Origin: Zootoca vivipara
Taxonomy: Eukaryota
Assembly (NCBI RefSeq): GCF_963506605.1
Contig: NC_083282.1
Span: 62,868,001 to 62,932,000 of the forward strand
Length of the DNA: 64,000 nt
Direction: 5' to 3'
The stretch's first letter is position 1; each line of letters begins with the position of its first letter. Below, piece by piece: positions 13,119 through 25,371 of the stretch. The translations under genes and the position numbers were made by a program. The notes under the pieces were generated by a model. It saw nothing but the letters and a program-made list of their open reading frames with translations, was not told the DNA's origin and searched no databases.

Positions 13119-14019
13119 TATTTATAAAATTCACTCCTGCTACCCTAAATCTTTGACTCAATTGTCTGGAATGGATCTATCCATGTATCAAATTACTTTC
13201 AACACAGCAGATCCTGAGTTACACCAAAATTTGCACCTTAGAAACAATAACATTCAAGTGCACAGTAAAGATGATATTACTTACTTTACAGTGCTTTGTT
13301 TTTGTTATTTCAAATCTGCAAAGAACACACAGGAAAAATCTCCTGGACCTGTGTAATGAAGAGCCAGAAGCACAAACTGGTTACTCCCCAAATTGACACC
13401 GTAGGATAGCTTAAATGTTACTTGCTTTCCGTCAATCCAAAATTTGTATGCCAATTGATAGGCATTCTCCTCCTAAAGTCACAAGTTGTAGCTAAAGGTA
13501 CAAAACATAAGCCTTTACTGAAGACACCTGTAATCTACTAGACTGACTTTTACAAGGAAGGGAATAACCGCACACTCTTTTGCACATATAATGTTCCAAA
13601 TTGAATGTATGGCATCTCCAGGTAGGACTAGGAAAGACTCTTTTATTGATTTTTCTTTTTCTTTACGTCTATTTTACAATTTTAATATTGATAAGGTTTA
13701 ATTGACTTTCATCACTTTTCATATGCTTCTTGTCTATCCAAGGACAAACTGTGATTTGTTTTAAATATGGTTTGTGCAAAAAAAAGCCAACTTCAAATTG
13801 TGGCTTATGATCCTGAGATTACTCAAACAGAGCATAGTTAAAACCAATCACTGTTAGCCTTGGTTCAGACATGACAAAAAAAAAACTGGTAGTGGATGCT
13901 TCTAATATCCTTCTTGTGAAAATGTCAAACGCCTTAGATATTTTTATTTTTAGGTGACTAATTAATTAATTATATTCACACAAAACAGACATCATCATAG
14001 TTGAAGAGGCAGCCTCTCT

Positions 14020-14023
<4 letters not shown>

Positions 14024-14087
<64 letters not shown>
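14024..14087. repeat. (CT)n(CA)n compound microsatellite
   Basis: Seen directly. Confidence 0.95.
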
Positions 14088-14090
<3 letters not shown>

Positions 14091-14428
14091 ACCATTCCAA
14101 GACTTTCACTTCATGGCAGACCAGTTGCGAGAGTTCTGAACAAACAGCTACACTTGCAGGACTATGTTAGCGCTACCACCTTTTTCCTGATAGAGGCTCT
14201 GTCCCATTAGTAGAACAAAAACTCAAAAACTGTGGCTTTCCCTGTCTCCATGCCAGAACAAATGATGACTTGAATTTATGCCTATTTTATCAGTTGATGA
14301 TACAAATATTCTTGTTTGGAAAAGAAAAAAGGCAACCTTCTATTGAAGGTTCTATATTTTAGTAAACACAGTACTGCTTTCACTTTAATGACTCACTAAA
14401 GGCAGCCCTCCTCTACATTTGTCTATGT

Positions 14429-14560
14429 CAGGCATAAGGCAACCTCGGCCCTCCAGATGTTTTGGGACTACAACTCCCATCATCCCTGACCACTGGTCCT
14501 GTTAACTAGGGATGATGAGAATTGTAGTCCCAAAACACCTGGAGGCCGAGTTTGCCTATG
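14429..14560. mobile_element. URR1-like palindromic hAT MITE (related copies ~37940-38050, ~56790-56910, ~62005-62135)
   Basis: GGACTACAACTCCCATCATCCCT...AGGGATGATG.GA.TTGTAGTCC hairpin. Confidence 0.75.
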
Positions 14561-15464
14561 TACTTATTTGCAAGGACAAATGCTCCCCACCCCCCACCCC
14601 AACCCTCATATATACATAAACTGGAACAGTGTTGAAATACAGTGCTTATATTCAAAAATAACACTAACTCATCATATAGTACTACATAAGCAAACAGGGC
14701 TATGCCCACATCCTTCTCCCTTCCCATCTAGGGCAGCTACTTGGAGATCAGAAGCATTCGCCTTAGTTTTCAACTACATGTAACTGTGGTTTATGTTATG
14801 TATGAACTGGAACAAACAGATTAGTTTTAAGCATTCCCCCCCCCAAAAGCCAACTCCAAACTATGGTTTACGACCCTGGACTGCACAGAAAAAACGCAGT
14901 TAAAGGTAAATTTCCACTTCCTCAAGGGCATTCATAACAGAACATAGCACTAAACTTTGGTTTAACCTTTTATCCAACCAGGTCATTGTATTGCAATCTT
15001 CTCAGGATCCAAGACTAGCACATCCCATTAAAGTATGCTATTTATTCACTTAGGTTATTTGTACACTGCCCTTCATAAAAGTTAAGTCCAGGCTTGATAG
15101 TCTTGTAATATACTGTACAATGAATCCTGACCACATTGATTGTAATCTGAAAACTAACCATAGAAATATCAGCTTTCATTTTTTTGAAATTTCAAGCCTG
15201 TATGGTCACAGAAAATGAACGTGTTAGATTTTTTAAAAGTCAAAATACATATAAGATTAGCTGGTGCAGTATAGCAGTTGAGTCCCCAGTTTAAATGTCC
15301 TCTCTGCCATGAATTCACTAATGTCCTTCAGCAAGCTACTGTATTGTAACCTCAGATCCCTTCTGCAGTATGGCTATAATACTGATTAATTTACAAGGGT
15401 GTTGTTGAAAGGATATCAAGAGTGTCCAAAGTGCTACAAACACATTAATAGTGCTATATAAATA

Positions 15465-15880
15465 CAGTGGTACCTCGGTTTATGAACACAATTGGTTCCG
15501 GAAGTCTGTTCATAAACTGAAGTGTTCATAAACTGAAGCGAACTTTTCCATTGAAAGTAATGGAAAGTGGATTAATCCGTTCCAGAGTACTTAAACTGAA
15601 GCGTTCATAAACTGAAGCGAACTTTCCCATTGAAAGTAATGGAAAGTGGATTAATCCGTTCCAGACGGGTCCGCGGAGTACTTAAACTGAAGCGTTCATA
15701 AACTGAAGCATGGGTGTAATTGGTTCCGGAAGTCTGTTCATAAACTGAAGCGTTCATAAACCGAAGCGAACTTTCCCATTGAAAGTAATGGAAAATGAAT
15801 TAATCCGTTCCAGATGGGTCCACGGTGTTCATAAACCGAAAATTCATAAACCGAGGTGTTCATAAACCGAGGTTCCACTG
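15465..15880 (+). mobile_element. Tigger-like MITE
   Basis: TA TSD; near reverse complement of 12702-13118. Confidence 0.9.
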
Positions 15881-16172
15881 TAGTGAGTATTAGAACAGTT
15901 TCCATATCTAATATATGCTACATTTCTTTATTTAAAAAATTATACCATAGTCCATTTTGGCTCATTGTTCTGGATAACTACGAAAATCTTAGATCAAGTC
16001 AAGCAAACAGACTACTGAACAAGTAGATCATTTTATAAGCTGACAATAATTATTAGTTAGTTATTTCTCTGAAATAACTAACAAAATTGAAGTTGGAAAA
16101 CACAATGGGATTGTGACCAGGCCTATTTAAAGTATATGCAGTTCATAGACACTGCTGGTAAAGACAGATTTA

Positions 16173-16336
16173 CCGTATTCACTCAAGTGTAATCCAACAT
16201 TGAATCTAATGCGCACCTCAATTTTCAGAACCTTGAAACCAAAAATGTAAATGTGCCATTGACTCTAATGCACAACTTAATTTTCGCAGTGTAATTTGGC
16301 ATAAAAAGGTGAGCATTAGATTTGAGAAAATATGGT
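16173..16336. mobile_element. Mariner-type MITE
   Basis: TA-CCGTATT...AATATGG-TA termini. Confidence 0.6.
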
Positions 16337-16953
16337 AGATATGACAACTAAACACTACTAAGCATTTTCTTGTTTTAAAAAGTGCATAAAAGCTGCATGT
16401 ATACCGCCATACGTGATATTTATGTGTTAGAAAGCAACAAGTTTCTAAGCACATACAGGCTGCTAAAAAAGAAGCATACACAACTGCCAGCTGTGACCTA
16501 TATAATGCTGTAGTTCCAAACATTTTCTTATTGAGTATGCTTCAATGTAAGAAAGGCACTCTCACAGCATCAACGCTTAGAGACCCCCAATCAAATAGGT
16601 CCCAATAAAACAAAAGCCACAAAAGACAATAAAATATCTGCTGCTTCATACCCAGCCACTTTATGGAAATATATACTGGGCAAGTCTCCTTTAACATCTA
16701 CTTAACTTGCATCTCCAAAAGCTGTAAAAACAAACATAACTACCATACTGCACCATGCCCGTATTACATATTTGTATTACATAGTTCAGAGACTCTGGAT
16801 TCAAAAAGACAGTGATTCAGTCCACACACAGCCCTCCAATTTTAGATTCCCCCAGACATTTTATCTTGAGCTGATGAGCAATGGCCCTATTTTTATTCCC
16901 ACAGTCCCCAGTGTGGCTTGCCCCAGTGTGCGCATATTGAAAATAATGGTGGA

Positions 16954-17512
16954 TGTTGTTATGAGTTTATGGGTGCCAGACTCCTATAATCCATGGATCC
17001 AGCAAGTGTTAGAATTTAATCAATTATTGGGGTCTTAAACTGAGGGTCACATCTAATCCCTAGATCCAGCAAGTGTTAACAGCTAATTAAGCCAGCCTAC
17101 CCTCCTGTGCTGAGGAAATCTCCTGGATGGGTTATTAAGAAAACAAAGGATCAAGGGGCTCCTTGGAGATGGCAAATGGGTGGGGGCACCCACCAGCAAC
17201 ATATAAAGCCGGAGTTTAGAGAAGAGAGGTGAGGAAATCAGTGATATGATGGGGGAGAGAGTCAGAGAGCAATGTTTAATGCCTGCTTTAATCCAATACT
17301 GTAGTTATAGAGAAACAAGACCCTTTTGGTGTGTTCGATACTGTGAACCTGTCCATTGTAGGCTCAGGTTGCATATATGTGTAAATAAACCATGTCACAA
17401 AGACACCACAGTCTCCACTGTGCCTCATTTCCAAAAGGAAACACAAACATTGGGTGAGCACCTGCAACCCCTGGAATCTTGCACTACTCAGAGATTGGAG
17501 TGGAGTACAACA
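16954..17512 (+). mobile_element. Possible solo LTR
   Basis: TGTTGT...ACAACA ends, TATA-like ATATAAAG (~17201), AATAAA (~17384); no TSD found. Confidence 0.4.
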
Positions 17513-17660
17513 ATATATTGAAAACAGGTTCAGAACAAGGGGCACCTAGCAATACTAAAGAGAAGTGATGTGAAGCAGAAAATTCTCCAAAACAGAAAAG
17601 TTTCCAATGCTTTATTTTTCTGCAGAACATTTAGCATTTCAAAAGTTGATTAGTAATAAC

Positions 17661-18020
17661 CAGGGTTCCCCAAACTAAGGCCCGGGGGCCGGATGCGGCC
17701 CGTGAGGCTCATTTATGCGGCCCCCCGCAACCCCCACCACCACCTGCTCTCACCGGCGCGGCGTGGCTGCCCACTTCTAGGTCACCAGAGCATCAGAAAT
17801 AGCTTGTGAGCATGTGCAAGCGTCATTTCCAGTGCACTTCCAGGCTGGAGGAAGCTCATGTGCATGTGCACAAGCTATTTCCGGTGTTCTGACAACCCAG
17901 AAGTGCACCGGAAATCGCATGTGCACATGTGCATGGGCGCACGCTCCCGCCTTCCCCCGGCCCACAGCACGATCGGCACTGGTGGCACCGGCCCTCAGCG
18001 AGGTAAGTCTGGGGACCCCG
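17661..18020. mobile_element. hAT MITE (360 bp)
   Basis: Perfect 8-bp TSD GTAATAAC; left end shared with the 740-1060 element. Confidence 0.88.
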
Positions 18021-18759
18021 GTAATAACAAATGGATGCCATATACAGTACACTATTAGGCAAACTTGACATTCAATGCTTTTAGCTTTGTTTACTAAGTA
18101 AAACAAGCATTCTAAATTAGATCTCAGGCATTTAAAAAGTTCCGATGTAAGTTGCCATATGCAAATTTCAATTCTTTTCCAGAAAACCTACACCACAGCT
18201 ATAGAGAGAGATTGAGAACTGCTGCAAAACCTTCGAGTTCACAAGGGCAATTTCCACGAAGGAGAATGCATTACTGTATTACAAATGATAAACCCAGCCA
18301 AGTTTGACAAACCTTTCACCACATGTCATAAACTGTATTGCATAGAGTAGCAAGAGTACTATCTCCAGTTATTAATATTCTTACTTAACTGCTTTTAAAA
18401 TATTGGCTAGAGATCCTAATTTCTTTTCTGTACAACTGATTCAACATGTGCTTTCTCTCTACAGCTGACTGTCTAGAAATTAAGATACTGTACACATAAC
18501 ATTCTTCTGTGCATTGCCCTGATGATGCGAACCCGCCTTCTCCCTGCTGTAACCAACAAGTGCACCACAACATCTGCACGGAAAAAGACCGCCCAGGGTA
18601 ACTCCAGCATATCGGTCCTCGCTACTCAACATCACTCCCTAATCTCTATTTCCCTGGACCGCAACCTTCTTCCTATAGCTCTTCCCACCTTGCCCTTGCT
18701 TGCTTTCCTCCCCGCTTCCCCGCAGCCTCTCATGAGAACCGGGCTCCTGGTCTTCACCC

Positions 18760-20050
18760 TCCACACCCCACACTCGCGACTCGAGCCAGAGCTGTCGCAG
18801 CTTAGTAACGGGGCGCCTAGCAACCTGGCCCGACTCCTCCAGCCGGGGCAGCGGGGCATCCTCCCCAGCTGGACCTCCGCCCATGCCCGGAGCCTCCCCA
18901 CTCACCCTGCTGGATGTCCCCGTTGGCGCCTCCGGGCACGGGCACGTTCAGCTGGCGCTCGGGCTCCGGGAGGCAGCGCCGGCAGAAGGAGTGCAGGCAG
19001 GGCAGCAGCTTCGGCTCGGCCTCCCGGCTCTGCAGGCTCTGCGCGCACACTGCGCAGGTGTCCAGCAGCGACAGCGGGCCCGGCGCGGCGCTGGAGAGGG
19101 CGGGGGGCGCGGGGCTGGGGCCCAACGGAGCCAGCGGCACGGGGCCCGGCGCCGGGCCTACGCTCACCAACACGGGCGCCGCGGCCTCCGCCTCCCCGGG
19201 GCCCTTGTCTGCCGCCACAGCCGCCGCCACCGCAAGGACCACCGCACCGGGACTCTCCCTCTCCTCGGGCGCGGCGGGGGCTGGAGGGGACGGGGACGCA
19301 ACGGCCGCCGCGGCTGAGGTGACAACGGCCGCCACGGCGGAGGTGACAGACTCGGTACCACCCCCGGCCTGCCCGGCCTCCCCAGCCCCCTCCCCGCCAC
19401 CGCCGCCTCCTCCTCCTTTGTTTTCCGCCATATTTCCTCCTTTGAACCCGACTCCCCGCTTTGCTAACGCACAGGACCGCGCATGCGCCCGCAAGCACGC
19501 TAGCGGCCTGCGCGCGCGCGTCCGAAGCACATCTGGCGCGAGGGCCGCGGAGGGCCGCCGCGTCCAGTGGGGAGGGGGCGGTGCTGGGTGTGTGCGTGCG
19601 CGCGCTTGGACGGTAGTAGCATACGAGGAAGGCGGTGGGAGAGGCCCGAGGTTGAGAGGCCAGCGAAAGGGGGTCAGTTTTTTTCTCCCTCTCTGTATGG
19701 TGTTTAAAGGAAATTGCACGGACGTAAAGGGGAGAGCGCAAGCGCGAGCGCGCACGCTCAGGTCTGTAATAGAAGCGGCGCACGCGCAGACAGAGATTCA
19801 CGTTCTAAGCGTGGGTGTCTTGAGGGCGGTTGGCGGTTGGTGTGTGGAGGGAAACGCGGCTCGTGCGGGGGGCCGAGAAACGGTGCGGCGGGAAAGGAGT
19901 CGAGGCAGGGCGAGGGCGGGGCGGACAGCGGCCTTTCACACTTGCCGGCTTCTCATCCCCGGTGTCTCTCGCTGAAAGAATTGGGCTCCTGAGTGGGAAG
20001 ATAGGAAACATAACGCGGGGCGGTTCTAGTCCGTTATGTGCGCCTTGCAA
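18760..20050. promoter_or_regulatory. TRIM33 CpG-island promoter; NRF1 palindrome GCGCATGCGC (19479-19488), YY1-like CCGCCAT overlapping the start codon
   Basis: Very high GC and CpG density around exon 1; motifs read directly from sequence. Confidence 0.85.
18906..19431 (-). CDS. TRIM33: TRIM33 (TIF1-gamma) coding exon 1: Gly/Ala/Pro-rich N-terminus plus first part of RING finger
   Basis: ATG at 19431 (MAENKGGG...). Motif [54 protein letters not shown] matches the TRIM33 RING. Donor CAG G|GTGAGT at 18905, phase 1. No downstream exon recognised in 1-18905. Confidence 0.97.
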
Positions 20051-21314
20051 AGAGGGCAATATTTGAATCTCCTCAGTTTGCACTGGGTTAGTTGATTTTG
20101 TGCTTGGCTTGCCGCGTTTCGAAATGATTTACAGCGCAGTCCAAACTTTGCCTACTCAGAGGTAGGCCCAGTTGAGTTCATTGGGGCTTACTCCTAGTTA
20201 AGTAGGGCTATCGTTACACCATGTGTGTATGTGTCTGTTTTAATTAGATGTATTTTATTGTACCATGTGAGTTGCGTTGACCTGAATGTGTTTTAATGAA
20301 GTAGGGAATAAATCACAGTGCCAAGTCGGGGAACAGGTAACCTTGTTGCATTGTCACCAGCAAGGCAGAACTGAGACCTCTGCCCATTTCTGGTCTCAGG
20401 ATTTTATTTTATTTTTTAAGTTTCTCTCCCGCTCCACCTCCTGCAATTGTCTTCAAGGTTTGGACACAGTCAAAAGCATGTTTAAATTATCTCCTGGTTT
20501 GAAGGCGAGTCATGGGGCTTAAAAAGCTTAGGCTCTCTTGGGTTTCTGCTGCTTTCTGGAGTGTCCCCTTTTGGCCCCAACCCTTATTGGAGTTCTAATA
20601 TTTGTTGGGTTTTGGCTTCTGAGAAGGAACAGATGCTTTTACGGGGACCATAGGGTTGTACCCTGGCTCTTTGGTCTCAGAAAGGGAAAAGTAGCCGTTT
20701 GATATCACCTAGGTAAAAATTAAGAGAAAAGTAAATGAGATACCATTATTTGGGTGGCATACGGTGAGTAAAATGTTTTTGGAGTATGCACCAATGGCCA
20801 GCCATTGGGTGGCAGGAGAAGTAGTGATAATGACTGCTGCATGTCAGGTCGTGAACAAGGTTATAAGGAAACCTTTTTCACAATCATTTCAAATGTATTG
20901 GTGTTCTGTCTTTGCTTAATGATACAAAATAAAACCAAACAGAATAGCTGTATGTGTAATGGTGGGAAAAGAAATTTTGCTAATGTTCGCCATTTCTTTT
21001 AAAAATTGAGTTGGGGAGTAGAAAATGGACAATCTTGAAGTAACATAATTGGGGGGGGGGACAATACAGCACAAGGTAATCTGCCAGTTGACTGATTTTG
21101 AGTAGGAGCTGTTAAGAGTTATCTACTCTTGGTCATAAATTACATCACAGAATGTTCCCAATCATATACACAGTCACATGGGACTAAGTCTCATTAAGCT
21201 TCTGGTCTGAATAGATGTCTATCAGGTTGCACTATTGTGAAACCCAAATCACACCATGTTTGTAAAGGCTGTAAATTCAGTGCATTGCCTTTGAAATATA
21301 CCCCTCTTTTTCAG

Positions 21315-21557
21315 ATACCAGGCAGAGGGCCTTCTCGGTAGTGGCACCCGCCCTGTGGAATGCCCTCCCATCAGAGGTCAGAGAGATAAACAACTACCTG
21401 ACATTTAGAAAATACCTAAAGGCAGCCCTGTTTAGGGAAGTTTTTAGTCTGTGATATTTTAATGTATTTTGATGTGTGTTGGAAGCCGCCCAGAGTGGCG
21501 GGGGAGACCCAGCCAGATGGGCAGGGTATAAATAATATATTATTATTAATAATAATA
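21315..21557 (+). mobile_element. L2 LINE 3' end
   Basis: RAFSVVAPALWNALP-type end plus (ATT)n tail; homologous to 51084-51776. Confidence 0.85.
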
Positions 21558-22445
21558 TCGCAGCTAACTAAAAAAATGTGGTGCCCTATAACGAAAGTGT
21601 ACCTTAGTCAATTTAAGCGGAAGTAAGGGAATCATATCCATATTTTGCCTAAAATAAAATACAGAGGTCCACAGTGACAGTGATTTAAGCTCTCCCATGG
21701 AAACAATGGGACATGTTTGATTGGAGGGTTCTCCAAATTCTTGCACATTGGGTTGGGTTGGGAGCTCTTACAGATATAGTTAGCTGGGTTCTAGGGCTGC
21801 TAGGAAGGATGTACAGGTTACTGCGATTGTAGGCCCAATGCAAGTCAGCAAAGTGATGATGTTGCAAAAAAGAGGAAGAAGCAAATCCTGTTTTGAATTT
21901 ATTAAGAGAAGCATGCAAGACATAAGAGGTAATGACACTTCTCGCTGTGACGCTTATTATAGGTCTCTGAAGTGCTGCATCATGTGTTAACATTTTAATT
22001 ATACTAACACATGAGAAGATTCTGAAGACAAATTCAGAGTTATAGCATGCAGAAGGCACTAGACATTTTCACTTAGAGAAAAGTAGCTTGAGGAAGAGGA
22101 TGTGGAATTAATTTTTATATATTTAATGGATTCATTTGAGAAGAATGAAAAATGAGTTGAAGTTTTAACCAAATTTAGGTTAGATTATATGTATAACCAA
22201 TTATAAACAGCTGAGCAGTGAAATGTTGCTCTAGGAAATAGAGAAGGGTGGAAAATAATACTTCACCAATGCTATAGAAAGGTGTGAATCCAACATGAGT
22301 CCAGCCTTTGCTTCAACTATAATTGGATTAACTGGAATTATCTCGCCAAGCTAATTTCAAGATTTCTTTGCCTTTGAGGGTGTAAGTGATGTGGTTTTGG
22401 CTACAGCTGTGAAGTACTTCTGAGACAACTAATTTTGCCTGATCT

Positions 22446-22585
22446 AGTTACAGGTGGGTAGCCGTGTTGGTCTGCCGTAGTCGAAACTACAGTATCTGAA
22501 GAAGTGTGCATGCACACGAAAGCTCATACAAATGACAAACTTAGTTGGTCTCTAAGGTGTTACTGGAAGGAATTTTTTTATTTTG
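22446..22585. mobile_element. Penelope-like (PLE) mini-insertion
   Basis: Flanked by direct repeat TTTTGCCTGATCT (~22433-22445 and ~22586-22598); resembles squamate PLE pseudo-LTR sequence as recalled. Confidence 0.75.
22492..22529 (+). ncRNA. Minimal type I hammerhead ribozyme motif
   Basis: GUAU-CUGAAGA-A-GUGUGC.AU.GCACAC-GAAA-GCUC-AUAC: both catalytic boxes, stem I (GUAU/AUAC), stem II and a CUC cleavage triplet. Confidence 0.75.
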
Positions 22586-22832
22586 TTTTGCCTGATCTGG
22601 AACAGTTTTGCATTCTTATTTCTGAATTCACACCCATTTTCAAACTTTTTTGTGGACTACTTGAAGCTTGAAGATTTACTACCTATCTGTTGCCTCAAAC
22701 CACATGGACTTGGACCTTGTGCGTTGTGTCACATGCAAGGCTCCGGCGGCTATTTTAAGTAAGGGCAGTCGTGCCCCTTTTAACCTAGGCTTTATACTAT
22801 TCTCATGTTCTGATTTAAATAATAATAATTAA

Positions 22833-23139
22833 ATATATGAAAATGTTCACGATGCATGCGCAGGGGCCAATGTATACAGGGGGGACAACAGGGCTCAGAC
22901 AAAAGTGTATGCTGGGAAATAGAACCCAGAACCTAACAGTTCCTTCTCCAAGGGTGGGGGCCAAGGTATGGCGATACATGGGGGAGGGGCCAACACTCCC
23001 CAGGGACAACACGGAAGGATATCCTACCAAAACACAGGGATGAGCCGAGGGGGAGGAGGGGCGGGATACATCATGGATCAGGACAGGGTGGGGGGAATCA
23101 CAGGGATGACCCACAGCAACGCGTGGCCGGGCCAGCTAG
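22833..23139 (+). mobile_element. Non-autonomous Helitron (5' end degenerate)
   Basis: 3' hairpin CCACAGCAACGCGTGG then CAGCTAG|T, shared with 35452-36060. Confidence 0.7.
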
Positions 23140-24129
23140 TCCTATTAATAAACAAAACATCTAACATCTGGTCTATTTTTAGATTTCACAGAGGAATCTG
23201 CTTAATATATATAATGACTCATGAGATGGGGGAAATCCCCATAAAGGTGTTATGTATGCATCCAGAAAGCTGAGAATAAGGAGGATTTATTGGTCATTTG
23301 GGGGTGGGGGGGGAGGACTAATACAACCACTATAGTCTGCAGCATCACCTGGGATCGGTAATGTGGGACAGAAAATCTTCCAGTGCTTCATTTTTTCTGT
23401 GGAAAATGTTCTGCTTCATAGATTAATTAGTAACTGTGAATCTCAATTACAAATAAGTGTTAGACAAGCTGGCAATTCCATTTTTTCCCCTTTACAAGCT
23501 AAATTAGATCACTATAAGGCATTTCTTATTTCTCTAAGTGAGCCAGTTCAATTTTTTTGGAAAACCCACATCACTGCCTGTGATCTTTTTTTAGACACTG
23601 CCATCTCCTTCAAAAGATTCAAGGTTTACGAAAGAAAAGAAACCTTATTGTGGGTTTTGTAATATAAAATTTAGATAAATGGCTGCATAGTAAGCTACCC
23701 CAGTTGGATTCCACTCTGCAGCATATTGTGAAAGGATTCATATTTCCTAGTAGAAGCTTTAAGTTTTGCATCAATATGACAAAAAATTCTAATCTCAGTG
23801 GTGAGAAGATGTATAATCTCTTGGACCTTTTCCAATTTTATTTGAACATAAGGTTCCCTCACATTTTGAAAGATGCATTTCTCCCCCCCCCCCCGATCAC
23901 CGGCATTGACTACCCAGAGAGCTCACACATCCTTTGTTGCCCAACTGCATCACAACAGCCCTGCTGCCAATGGGTCTAACTCTCCAGGAATTGCTGCCAC
24001 CACCCTCCCACTTACTCCTCCAGTCCTAGAAGAGAGAGAACCTGGAATGCACTAAAGCAATTATTTTTAAAAGGGTTCTGGACTAATGCCCCAGCACTCC
24101 TCAGCTCAATCTGTACCTTAGCTTACCTG

Positions 24130-24226
24130 CCATGGAACAGTAGTAATGTTTGATGTTTTACTGTTAGATGTTTTAAGCCACCCAGAGTGGCAGGGGCAAC
24201 CTTGTCAGATGAGTGGCATATAAATA

Positions 24227-24278
<52 letters not shown>

Positions 24279-24780
24279 TGTGTAGGGAAATCATATATAG
24301 AATGGCCTTGATCATTGTAATAATTTCTCCTTAATATCTGAATCAGGAGTGTTCATGGACCAGTGCCTGGATGGAGTGGCAAGATGGAGGAAAAACAAAT
24401 AGAGCTTGAATCCAGGCAAAACATAGGCACTGTAGGTAGAGTGGTTCTCATACCTGAGAAATTGGTTAGTTGCCTACCCTGGGTGGGGTTGCACTCTCCC
24501 TAAAGGAGCAAGCTCACATTCTAGGGGTGCTTCTGGATCAAGTTGTGTCACTGGAGGCCCAGGTAGCCTCAGCAACTAAAAGCTGCCTTTACTAACTGGC
24601 ACAATAGCTATTCCATTTCTGGACTGGGAAAGTTTGGCTAGAGTAGTTCATGAATTGGTTACTTAAGAGTACATTGCAGTAATCCAATATTTTAAGTGGG
24701 GCTTACCCTGGGCTTGATATGGAAACAGCAGCTAGTGCAGAATGTTGTGGCACAATTGCTGACGGCAGTGTGACCTCTGC
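24130..24780 (+). mobile_element. Degenerate L2 fragments with (TTA)n tract (24228-24276)
   Basis: L2 3' end GCCACCCAGAGTGG...AAATA(TTA)n followed by decayed RT-downstream sequence. Confidence 0.6.
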
Positions 24781-25124
24781 CAAGAAAACCAACAGCAATG
24801 AGTGCTTCTGAACAACAATTAAGGATGAGTTTTCTTACTTGGCCAAGTCTCCTAGCTCAGTGATACACTGTTGAAGCCAGAAAGTTGTTATGTGAGGAGG
24901 ATGTATCTTCCTGCAGAACATCCACGCCAGCTTCAGTTACACACCCTCGAGTGGGTGCAGGTACTATAACTGCCTGGTATGTTCTTGGATTCTGCCCAGA
25001 TTTCGCTTAGAAATGTCAGTAATCATTCATCACCAGTTCAAGTGTTACACAGGTCATCATAAGAAACAAGCCATTTTCTCTCTAAAAGCCAGAACCATGA
25101 AAAAGAGACCAGAGATGGTTTACA

Positions 25125-25371
25125 AGAAGAGGAGGAGGAGTTTGAATTTGATATCCTTGCTTTATCACTACCGGAAGGAGTCTCGAAGTGGCTAACATTC
25201 TCCTTTCCCTTCCTCCCCCACAACAAACACTGTGAGGCGAGTGGGGCTGAAAGACTTCAAATAAATGTGACTAGCCCAAGGTCACCCAGCAGCTGCATGT
25301 GGAGGAGCGGAGACGCGAACCCGGTTCACCAGATTACTAGTCTTCCACTCTTAACCACTACACCACACTGG
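25125..25371 (-). mobile_element. tRNA-derived SINE (POMSINE/Squam-type)
   Basis: Reverse complement of the 44946-45200 family. Confidence 0.85.

Noticed and set aside
11760-15880. Regularly repeated units reminiscent of a CRISPR array
   Set aside because: Eukaryotic context, no unique spacers, bounded by TIRs and TA: MITE internal repeats.
1-18905. TRIM33 exon 2 (VGVIRCPVCRQEC...)
   Set aside because: Not recognised by eye or in the ORF track; probably beyond the left edge, though a short exon could have been missed.
18522-19975. Long overlapping ORFs (266-353 aa) on both strands, and a 108-codon in-frame extension upstream of the TRIM33 ATG
   Set aside because: Expected from stop-codon scarcity in a GC-rich CpG island; non-ATG starts, low complexity, no recognisable domain.
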